Shown in pieces: positions 1 to 12,200 of a stretch of DNA of 64,000 nucleotides. Both the position numbers and the translations under genes were made by a program. Within the stretch, counting starts at the first letter, position 1. Each line of letters opens with the position of its first letter. Origin of the DNA: Takakia lepidozioides (Eukaryota > Plantae > Bryophyta); NCBI GenBank assembly GCA_030704615.1, contig CM060731.1:17546001-17610000 (forward strand). The letters are read 5' to 3'. The notes under the pieces are model-generated. The model made no database searches. It saw nothing but the letters and a program-made list of their open reading frames with translations, and had not been told where the DNA came from.

Positions 1-226
1 GTTTGGTATAGTATGTTTGACAATGCCTGTCAAAGAACTTGTCACGTGTCAGGCACCTGGTCCTTGCAGGAACTGCCTTTGGGGTTGATATTCCCCATTG
101 TCACTTTTTGGGGTTTGCGTTATGGTGCATCTGGTAATATGACATTACGGATGATTCTTATTGAGTATGATTGAGGGTAGAGTCCCAACTGCTCTTTCCT
201 ATCTCATATGGAAATGCAATGGGCAG

Positions 227-3200
227 GTCCAGAACGAAGGGAACGGTGGGGGTTTATATGCGATGGGTTTCCCAGCACCGCAGGTCAGGCTGCAGCTTTC
301 GAGAAGTTCTTGACTGGCTTTGACTATGAGTTTGAAAAACGCCATAAAGCGAGGGCTTCTGTGATCGCCCCTCCTCCAGAGCCTGTGCGTGACAACACTA
401 AAATAAGATGTACTTTGTGGGGCCTTTTGTTTCTCATCTATATCTAGAATATTTGTGAGAAAGCAAGAAGAAATGAAATGATACTTTATAACGAAATGAA
501 ACGAAACAAAATGGTGCTTATAACGAAAGAAAGAAAACAATTTTAGTATCTCGATGGGAGGACCAAAGCCCAAGGGACACAAGAGAGTATGCCGATGATG
601 TCAGCGTTGGCTGCCTATATTGTGACTGTTTTAAATTTTGTATTAATTCATGGCTTTGACACAAACGCAACCCGAGTTGAAACCAGTATAGATGTATATG
701 GGAGAGAGTTCACAAGACTTGCTGCAACTGGTACCCTGCAGCTGTGCCCAATTGGGAAATCCTAGATTGCGGTTTACATTATGTGTGGGTCTACACAGAG
801 ACTAACAATAAAATCTGTCCATTCAAGACCCTTAGCAAGGACATAAATGGATTCTACTTCGGATCCTGTTACAGTAGAAACCCCTGATTTTAAGTGAAAA
901 TACGTTTCAATGGTGTAAGCAGGACTTTGTCCCAAAGCTAATATCCGGACTTGATGCAATCCTTTTGCTGGAGTCTATTATACCAGAAGTAGCACTCGAT
1001 CGAGCAATGGGGAAGGTTATGGATCCCAAGACTGGAACAGTTTATCATCTTGAACTAGACCCCCCTCCTGATAATGACAATACGTGAGTTCCTCTTGTTA
1101 TTGTGGTCTGTCCATCTTTACTCCACTTGCTCTGAAGCCTGTACCTGTTTCTTTTTTCGAAGTCAATGTCAGATTTCCAGTAGTCCAGGACCACCCAGGC
1201 CAGGCACCCCCGTGCAATCTGCATGCAAACCCTTTTCAGGTTCTCAGGTCTATGCGTCATCTTCCAGTATGGCATCAGACAAGCTTTCAAACTCCTGTAA
1301 ATAGTACAATATTTTTTCAAATGGCACAAATTTAGCTTACAACTGAACAGTTTTTTGCTGTGTGTTGATGTTGCAAGCAGGGGTCTGGTGAGCCGGCTAG
1401 AAACAGTAGAAAATGTCGAGACTTCCCACGCCAAGATTGTCGCTGGGTCTTTGTTGTGGCCACCAATCCGAGATTATATGAGCAAGTTTGCTAACGTATT
1501 TTCTGTGCCCAACACTAATATAATCGTGTGCCCACGACATCTTGGCACACGAGGTGAAAACTATATTGTGGATGTTGAAGAGGCCAGCAAGGTGACTGCA
1601 GGAATAGTTGATGGCCGGGGCAAAGGCAGGGGGGCTGCAACGGCAGCTAAGGTTGCATTGGAGGCAGATGCCGCCGCCAACCAGGTCACTGATGCTATAG
1701 GAAAATCATTCTAAACAATTCCACTATTTGATGTTGTGTAGGCTTGCCTCAAAATGCTCAAGGTAGGACTGGATGACAGGTGTTAAGCAAGGAATAACAT
1801 GGAGAATGATGACTCTTAATAACCATACAATCTTACTGAAAGCACGCTGGTTCTACTGAATGTTTACGATTTAGTCTTTGAGTGGCTAGATAAAATTTTA
1901 AAGCCTGGTGCAACTCTGAACACAGGCCTCTAGTGATGCTGAGAGGGGCAGGGCGATGGCTGCAGAGCTTGCACATAAATACTTCAATGCAAAACTGGCA
2001 GAAGTGGAGGCTGAAAAGGCACTAGATGCAATCAAGGGCAGCAGCCCCATTGCAAAGCAGATTTTAAAGGACATGTCAAGTGATTTAGTTGCCAAAATGC
2101 TTGATGATGCTACCAAGGCTGTGCAGGATGTTCAAGATGCCGCAGCGGCAGCTGTGGCTGCGGCTGCACAGGCGCAGAAAGCTGCAGAGGAGGCTGAGGT
2201 AAACCGTGTATGAACTTTGTGAACTTGAATTCAAAATGGCACACTGTTAGTTTTGATCCCAAAGCTAGCTCTTCCTGTCATCTGCTTTTTGAGTAAGAGG
2301 GCATGAGCTGATAGAAGGTTCCACACTTACAATGAGGGTCTGGATGGATATGTTTGATGATGAAATTATGTTGGTCCCCCAGCTCCATTGCCCCAGACAT
2401 CTTCCTTAATCTGTCCCATATATATCCACCTGGTGTGTGGAAGCCCCACATCTTCCAGGAACAAGGATGAACCCAGTTTTGTGGCTTGAATTTAGGCAGC
2501 AGCAAAGGGGTCTGGGAGAGCCGTCCACTGTGAGAGGGAGGCCTATATTGCAGCTGAGATTGCCAAGCAGGCAGCAACAAGGGCATCTGAGGGAAGAGAG
2601 AAAGCTGCAGCAGCATTAGAAGGTGCAGTTGCCTGTCTGGAGCCGAAGCCGGAAGAGCCCCCTGCAAAACCTGAGAAAGGTGGAAAAAAAGAGCCAAAGC
2701 CTGAAGAGCATCCTCGGAAACCTGAGAAAGGTGGGGGAAAAGAGAAAGTTCAAGAGAAAGAGGCCTCAACTAAGAAAGTTGACAAGAAGGACCAGAAGGA
2801 CAGCAAGAAGGAAGCAGAGGTGCGTTTTTCATCAGACACATCTAAATTTAGTGCCAACTATTGCCAGTTATGGAACTCTCATGAACTTATCTTTTTCTTA
2901 GCAGAGGTAGCAACACAATTTCTCTTCAGCATGCAGAAAATTGTAAGATACTTCCAGGAGGGTTTCCAGATGCCAGTACATCGTCCCAGTACAAGCCAAC
3001 AACAAAGGAGTGACGTCTTTATTTTTTTCTGTTTCTCCTTAAGTTTTGGGGTCTAGATTGTTTTCAATGGAGCAAGAACCACGATCACAGAATATGGATA
3101 GGAGGGAAAACAAGCATGTGTGCAATACATCCCTAAGCCTTGGCCAAATTCTGGAAGCCGAAGCCATCTTCCAGCTTACTATCTTCCTGACAAAGTTGTG

Positions 3201-6200
3201 AGGCCTACCACCCAAATGGCTGCCAGCCTGAGGCTCAAAAATGCTCGTTTTAAGACCTCCTGGTATGCTTGGGTCTTCAACTTCTTTGAATGCTGCAGAC
3301 TGTTCGTTGCTTCCCTACTGCCACAAAATACGGAGGGTTTGAAAATTTGATCCAAACATGACCGCAACATACACAGCAGATGGGAGCTGAAGGGATTTCA
3401 TGTTGGGGACCTGGAAGCCACTCAATCTACAACAAAGCTGCAGTTCGAGTATCGGTCCTCCGTGATGATAGAATCTTACAGCCCAATTACATATCTGCAG
3501 CTCTATCTCCCTCTCTTCTAAGGGCATTGGGAAAGTTTAGGGTGGGCTCCCGCAGTCTGCGGATAAAAATACGCTTTGCAATGTGCCAAACAGGCTCACA
3601 CTCCCCCCACCCACGCCGCCCAGATAAGTTGTTCCCTTGCTCGAACTTCGCCAAATCCATTTTTTCCTTCTTTGCCACAATCGGACAGTGTGTGAGAGTA
3701 TAACGTAGAAAAGTGTAGGTGGTACAACCTACAGTGCGCTACCACTTGCACTAGAGATGACGGGCAAAATTGAGACTGAAGAACATTTCTTCTTTCACTG
3801 TCCTTTATACTATGAGATCCGTAGGATATTGAATTGTTTATTCCATGATAACGAATCCCTCACTGAGGTGTTTACCTGATGAGGACAATCCCTTGAACAC
3901 TAGTTGCTTTTGGGCTGCTTGTGGAGGGCCCCTCTCTCTTTCTTGTTTCTTTCTAAAGTACCATTTCATTTCATTTCCTCTTGTCCTATAAGCTCTTTGA
4001 GCTTCCCGTGGACATCATAAAGTTCCATTTCATTTCTTGTCCCATAAGCTCTCTGAGCTTTCTGTGGACGTTATAAGTACCATTTCATTTTATTGCTGGT
4101 CCTCTTTGAGCTTTCGGTGGACGTTAGAAAGTATCATTTCATTTCTCTTTCCTCTTTTTCACTTGAATGCAATTGCAACCTCTTAAGACTGCTACTTTAC
4201 ATTCTCACAGAGCGATTACTCAAATGATATGTCGAGTTGGGAAAAAGCCGGTTAGCATGTGAATGTAGCTGACTCAAATGGCTTTATTCTTGTTTTCTTG
4301 TGAAGGTCAAGAAGAGTGGAGACGAGGAACCAACTGCAAGTGAGGAACAAGCACTGGAGCCTCAGGTGGAGAAGAAAAAGAATGCAGGTGTTAAAACTAT
4401 ATTCTAAAGCACTTCTGCATCCTCACTAAAGAATGCCTGAAGTACACCTTGTGCTGAGAGATCCAGAACCTGGCCTTGACATTAACTTTGGTGATGCTCT
4501 TTTATCAATTAGGCACATTACGAAGCACAACCACAGGGAGTGCCAGCAGCTATTACACCCATTTGAATAATCACAATTTCGTGCTATAAAATTAGTCTGA
4601 GATGATTCTGAGACTCTTTTGCATCATCCAGCATCACCTAAACAGACCTGAAGAAATCATACACTGTAGATTTCTCAACATGTACAACTGAACGGGTTGG
4701 TATGGCATCACAGATGTGGTCCTGCAGAGTTGTGATTCAGTCTATAAATATATGCCATCTAACTAACCTTGTGAGGTACCCGGCGAAGAAACTGATCATT
4801 TGTGCACTGATTAATTGTCCAATGTTGGGTGGTGGCTTAAATGGCAGAGCTGCTTCAGAAGCAGTGGGAGGAAATTGAGGCAAAGTATCTAGCAGCCCTG
4901 CCAGGATTTTTCCAGAAATTGCGGCATGAGCGGTCAATTACGGTCTCTCACTTGACAGAGGTACTTGATTTGATTGATCAGATAGCCTACTTCCAATGCA
5001 GTAATCGTCTTAGAGAATGGAGCCAGTAAGAGAGATGACCTGGATAAGCACCATGAGTTTGTTAGCCCTTTTGTGCTTTGTAGACCTCGGCAAGGGGCAA
5101 GGTAAAGGTAGAGAAAAACAGATACAGCAATTTTAGGTTGTCTAACACACATACAGGACTACGAACAATATGGAAATCCTAAGTAGAGGAATGTTTAGTG
5201 GCGCGAGGGGAGATTCAAATGTCTAAGGTCAAGCAGAGGAATAGATTGTACTCATAAGACGTTGTTTGCCGTAGCCTTGTGGCCATTGACCCCGCGCCCA
5301 GTTTGAGCGGGAACAAAAGGGACAGAACCTACCTCTGTCAGGGGCTGACGTTGGTAGTAAGACTTACCAGAGTCTAGCAGAGGAATAGAGATAGGGATTG
5401 GCATTCTACAACGGGCTTTAACTCCTTGCAGAATTGGCCTATCCTCTAAGCTGGCCCTTGAGATTATTTGGATTTTTTTACCCCCCATAGTTCCTTTGAA
5501 CAAGTAGCTGACCTAATTTCTAGGCTGAAAAATGACGTGCTTTCTCACACAACTGAGGAGTCCGTGGAATAAATTGTATCTTCTGGACTGCACAGATCAA
5601 GTCGAACTTTGTTGAGATACTGAAGCAGGAAGATGATAAAAAGAAGGTCTTCGATGAATACCAGGCAAGGATATTGCTGTCCTAAATCACAGCTGCTGTG
5701 TCCCCTCAGATAATTACCATTTTATCTGTGTGCATTTACATTAAACCTTAGGAAATGTGAAATGCCTGCTTGCTATTGTTTCAAATACAATGTGTGTTCA
5801 TCTGTGTATGAAGTATAATGAGAAAAAGAAGAAGAATACTTATATGGCCCGCAGCAAAGTGCCAATATGACCCAAAAAACCTGCAAAATTAAATCTCTGC
5901 TCGACTCAGTAAGCCCCTGCCTCAGTAAATGAGATTTCAAAAATAGCCTTCCAGCAAAGACTGAACCACCCATTTTTGGTCTATATTCCCTATCTGCTTT
6001 TTGTGGCCATTACCTACACATGAATTCTACTTGGTCTTCTATGCTGGCCTTCTTCTCTGGTTAGGCTATACCAAAAGTGACCTTGTGGTCCAAGCTGTTC
6101 GGTTTATTCGGTGTGTGCCAAGGTTGTGATCGAGGAGTTGTAATTAGTAAAGATTTTCTTGGGTGTTCCCCTTTCTTTGGATCAAAAATACTTGGCAGCG

Positions 6201-9200
6201 TACCTGCACCAGGCCCTGACCCTTAGACAATCCCTTGAGCAGTAGTTGCTTTTGGGCTGTTTTTCTAACTCTGGTTTTGTTTCCTCTCTCATGTTTTTCC
6301 ATTTTGTCCCATAAGCTCTTTGAGCTTTCCGCGGACGTTATAAAGAACCATTTCATTTCATTTGCTGCAGGTTTATTTCGAACAACAGACAGATTGGGGA
6401 AATTATTTTTGGGGTTTTTCTGACAAGGGTTTAATCGTACAGCACAAAACAATTGGCATGTTTGCTGAATTGCTGAGTGATTGCTTTTTTTCTGAAAGGA
6501 AGAAAATCTTTCAACAGGCCAAATACAACAAGATAGAGTATGCAGAATTGCGTGACAAAAAGACAAAACCGAAGCTTGACAAAGATGCAGCAGACGTTGC
6601 AAAGGCCCTGCGCAAGCTTTGCAGTAATCGTCTGGAGGTTCAGCTTCTGCCCTATATCTCCCATATGCAGTGCCTTATGACCTTTTGCAGAAGACAGCAA
6701 GTGATAGGGCATAATCCCTCCATGTTGAATCTACATGTCAGGTGTTTGCGCTAGCATGTCTTCCATGGTCAGTGGCACTTGTTAATGAAACATATATGTG
6801 GAGGCTGTCCAAGGTGGTAAAAGAAATGGCCTGGAAGAATGTTTGTCCATGAAGCAGAAGGTGAGTGCAGAAGGCAGAAGGCATTGGTAAGTGCAATTAG
6901 TGACCGAATATTGAACTTGTCAGAAAAAGATGGCCTTCCAATTAGGATGACCTATTGCAGTTTTCTGTGTGGTCACAACCTCCCCCTTAAACCATGCCCT
7001 ACCTGGTCGTGTATCTGAATTGACTGCTTTTGACTGATATCTTGTAGCAAGGAAAGGCGTATTGTGTGGAAAGTCTCAACCGTTGGCTGGAGGGATGCAC
7101 AGCATCAGTGGCATCTCACTTCACCTCCCTTGTGCAAGCAGAGGTATCTTCACCCCCTGTGGATGCTACGAAACCTCCTTCTTTTTCTCTCTTATTTGCT
7201 TTTTGGAAAAGAAAGAAAAAAACATGCAAACAAAGAACTACCAATCCAGCAATCAGGGAAAAACGTCCAAGTTCAGCCTATCCAGGAGAGAGTGGAGCCA
7301 ACCACTTTCCAAGAAAGAAAGAAACCCTGTTGAAAGGACAGGAGAGGCAGAAGACTTCGAACACCAGCACCTTATCCACCTCTACACAGCTGTGTACAGC
7401 TAAGACTAGGATAGGATTTGTCCTGGATATATATATTTTCAGAGACTTCCCATCCTTGTCAGAGACCTTTCCTCATGAAGACCACCACTGGTGAGCAGTA
7501 TACACACATGAGGCACTCAGTCCCCAGACATTAGTAGGAAGTAGCTTACCGGGTCCAACAGAAACATGTGTCTTATTTTGGGTTTGGACATCTCACTTAA
7601 TACTTCTGATCCCTAGGTTTAGGCTGCAAGTGGCTTCTTTGTTGCCACCTGCTACTTGCAATAATGCCAAACAGTGGAAATTCTCAGTCTCACAAGTGAT
7701 TGAAAGAGACCTGCACGGGGTTGAGGAAGAGTTGAAGGAATTTGAAGAGATCATGCTTATGGAGCAAAGCCAAAAATGTATGTACAATTGTGGGATGGTA
7801 GCTGGATAGGCATCTTGAATCATGCAGCCTTGTACATGAGCTCCTCTCTGGAAAGGTGGGCTCTGCATTTGTGGATAGATTTCGGTGCAGTTTGTTGGAA
7901 GTCACAGCCTTGCCTGCCACGACATTTCCAATGCCTGGCTGGTTATCTTGCCTTTCAACATCCTTCCCACAACTTCATATGGTAACCATTCTTCCAAATT
8001 TTTTGTTTATGCTTTGCAAGTTACCTCCTTCAATTTCCATTTTCATTTTTCCTGAAGCACAAAGAATAGCAATGGATCATCACCTTGGGACATATTCAGT
8101 TGAACCATTCGTCAACAGCTTCAAACAAAGGTCTCTAAGCAGTTTCTACGGAGCCATCTGTATGTTGGGCATTCACTTACTGGTCACTGCAGCTGCCTCT
8201 GCACAATGTTCCAAATGTAGAGACTCCCTTGAAGATTTTGAAGTTCAGATTCCCCCATAGACTCTCAAGAAAGAACATATATCCCTGGCATCTGTTAACA
8301 TGAAGTATGACAGAAGCCAATCTATACGAGGGAAAGCGTTGTGATTCAAAATCTGAATGTGAGGATTTTGATATCAGAATGCTTTAGTCCTCTCAAGAAA
8401 ATTCACTGCATCCTGAAGCTACGGCCATAAGAGTGGCACAAAGAACTCCATAAAGAAAAAATTTCTTTGACAATGAAGTGGCACATAACAACCTGAGAGG
8501 TCTAAAATCAGAAGTCAACAAGGCAAGCACTCCTCAAGGAATGCTACAAACCTGTGGATCAACAATTTGGCAACTATCTTCAGGGACTATGTCAGACGCA
8601 GTCTTTAGCCTACAATATGCTGAATGCAATTGCTGGCAGAGGTGCTACTGAGGCCAAGAAGGATGGCAACAAGGATGTTGGGAAAAAAGACGGAGGAAAT
8701 AAAGATGGGAAGGATGCAGGAAAGAAGGACGGGGGGAAAAAGGAACCAGGGAAAAAGGAGGCAGTACAGAAGGAGGGGAAAGCAGCCGCTACTTCCAGGA
8801 AAAGTAGTGTGAGAAAAATCTCCGTGGTTAGTATTATGTTACCCGTAGAGCGTGAGGAGGTGGCCCTGGACCCCGCTGTTAACCCTGCCATTGCTCGTGA
8901 ACATCAGATTCTGTGCTATCGTCTGGAAATGCTGGGTGACTCTCTCTTTCTCTTATTTGTTTTCTGTTGTTCTTTCTTGTTCTACTTGTGTTTTGGCCCT
9001 TTAGGCCTCCTGCAACACGATCAATTTCTGTCTCTTGTTTCTCTTTCTTTGAGCTTCCTGTAGATGTGAGAAAGTTTCTTTCTTCTGTGGGTTCCCACAG
9101 TCTGGGGATAGAAAATGTACTCATAAGAAGTTGTTTGCCGTAGCCTTGTGGCCATTGACCCCGCGCCCCGTTTGAGCGGAACACAATGGGACAGAACCTA

Positions 9201-12200
9201 CCTTTGTCAGGGGCTGACGCCGGTAGTAGGACTTGCCTTGAATAAACAATTGGTCCGGGTCTTCCAGATATCCTCTAGAAATCCCTTTACACAAGCATCA
9301 ACCTGCTGTGTGTGGTTTGCCCAATAACTAGGCCCCAAAAGGGCCTGGGCTTTTGGCTCTGCCTCGAGACTTTCATTAACTTAGGATATCTGATGTTGGA
9401 CATATGTTGCAGCTGACCCCACCATCTGACCTTGAATTCATCTCATCGGGAGCTTAAGGAAGGGATGCCAAACTCACCCCGAACGGCCACGTTGGCTGTT
9501 TTGGAGCATGCTGACATGCACTCCTTAACCCCCACTTGAATGGATTCTAGAGACTTAGCCTGGTTGGAGTTATCAACCCTTATTGCAGATGCGTACTCCA
9601 AGGCAGGTCGAATAATGCGACAAAGCATGGTTTTTTTCACCTCAGAGATGATCCCTCTGTAGTGGAAATATTTGGTGAGACCCAGCACTTTGCGCTCACC
9701 AGTTTGAACAACTTTCTGAATATGTGCATCCCAATTACAGTTGGAGGAAAACTCAACGCCGAGGTAGGTGTAGGAAGGGAGGACCGGAATCTCTTGGCTT
9801 CCCCACTGCCACTTGAGATCACCTCCTCCCTCCCCTCGGTCGTTGAATGCCACTAACTGCACATTTACTGACATTAGCCTCTAGCCCCCAAAGGTGTCAA
9901 AGTATCTCTTCGCACAATCAATCAACTTCTGGAGATTGGAAGGAGTCTCCCCTATGCCTGTGAAGTCATCTGCAAACATAAGGGCTGGTATGGTGGCATC
10001 ACCCACCCTTAACCGAAATCCCTCACTTTCCACATCCTCGAGGAGTTGATTGATGAAAACATTGAAGAGCAGAGGGGAGAGGGCACATCCTTGAGCTACA
10101 CCTTGGTCTATGTCAAAGAAGTTAGACTTCTGTCCGTTAACAGTGACTGGGGATAGAGACTGGTAGGTGGGACAACCTGCAACGTGAGGACCGCCTGTGC
10201 CCCGCTCGCACTGGGAACAACAGGGAAATCAAAAGTGAAGAACATATGTTCTTTCCCTGTCCTTTCTTCTAAGAGATCCATGGAAGATTCTATTGTCTGT
10301 TACATGATACCCAATCTCTCACAGAGGTCTTCCATCACTTGGATTAGAAATGTTTAGCAGCATACCTGCAGAGGTGCTGACTCTTAGTTTTTTTTGGGCT
10401 GCTTGTGGAGGGCCCTCTCTCTTTCTTGTGTCTTGCTTGCTCTTGTCCCATAAGCTCTTTGAGCTTTCCGCAGGTTTTATGAAGTACCATGTCATTTCAG
10501 TTCTCCACCTTAGAGAATTCCAATTTGTTGTCTGTAACTCTATTTCCAGCTCTTCTAGGGGCATTGGGAAGGTTAGGGTGGGCTCCCACCGTCTGCAGGT
10601 AGAGACTGGTAGGTGGGACAACCTGCCCCGCTTTGCGCTAGAGATGACAGGAGAGATTGAATCTGAAGAGCATTTCTTCCTTCACTGTCCTCTCTACTAA
10701 GAGATCCCAGGGAGTTAATATTGCCTATGCCGAGATAGCCAATCCAGAGTCAGTGATCTTTCAGATCTTTGTGCAGTGATTGATGTCTAGTGCTTCTGTT
10801 TTCATGCATTGCTCTCCTCTTTGGGCCTTTGTGGACATTATGAAGCTCCCTTCTTCTTTCTCTCACACACATGGAGAAGTTAATTTGTGCCTTGTTTGGT
10901 TGTGGATTGCATATAAAGAGAATCTTCACCAACTTCTCAGACGTGCATGCAACCATTCAGGAAGTGTCACTGAGAAGCTGACATGGTCTAGGTTGTGTGT
11001 TATTTTGAGGAAAGAGAGGATGAAAGCCAAGGACCTCTCACCCTCCATGTCATGTCAACGCAGCGAAGAATGCATGTAGTTATATTCAAGAGCTGCAGCC
11101 ACTGATGGATGGAGCACATGGCTTTATGGACGGTTGGCTCATGGCTCGTTGCAATGTACTGCCATTGCTCCTCATGATTTGAGTGTACCTTAGAGAACCA
11201 GGTTCCACAAGGATTGGCATTAGTCTATAGAAGCCTTGTGTTGGTTGGGCATTGCTTTGTGGTCAAACACTTGTTTATGCATGCACCTGCAGCAACACCA
11301 TACAGGCAGACACTCCAGGACAAATCTATGATTCCACAAAAACAAATGCATCAGAAAAAAGAGCTGCATCTGCACTGTCAAACTGAAACGAAGTTATTTC
11401 CACTGACAGGCTGAGTCAGCCATAGTGGAGGCAGCTATTGAACTGATAGAAGGGGCAGTGAGAGAGACCATCCCATTGTGGTACCGTGTGTGGCTGAATG
11501 GTGACAAGTTCCATATTGATCTAACTGAGCTCATGCTGGTGAGTGCATCCCCAAGTAAAAAAACTAAAAGAATAATGCATGCAGGCATTGCTAAGGAACA
11601 TCTCTCGATTGGAACAGTTCACAAAGGAGAATATACTCCATAAATAGCTCCTGCACTGCATTGAACAGTGCAGAAAGGAAAAACTGAAAAACTGCTGAAA
11701 AACTATGAAGGAAGCACCTCTGATCGTGGAGCTCCTCAGCTGACCTGTAAATAGTGTAGATTTTTTACAATAGAACTACAAAAAAATACGTGCGCAGGCA
11801 TATCCTCCACAGCTCCCTCCCCTGGCTTGTACTCTGTACCTCCCTCCTAATCCCCCTCCTTCCCAGCCCCCGTACTGAGAACCTGTTAAGTTGTGCAGGC
11901 GGTTCCTGTGCCGACAGAGCCAAGTGCAGGCCTGATTGAGTGGCATGTCAAGCTGATGGAAGCACTTGCACAAAGCTTCAAAGCATTCAAAGGTAATAAA
12001 TCCACCTGTAAGACTTTCCACAGCAGTGTGTGGATCATGAACCTGTTTGTGCACTTGGCTCTTTGAAACAAGTAGCACCTAGCTATGGAAGTCAGACCAC
12101 TTTTTGCAATCGACTATAAGCCACTGCTGAGAAGCCAGACTCTGATGGTTATTGTGGATCTGTGGATAGTAAAATGGTAGACTATGATAGTAACCTTGTC

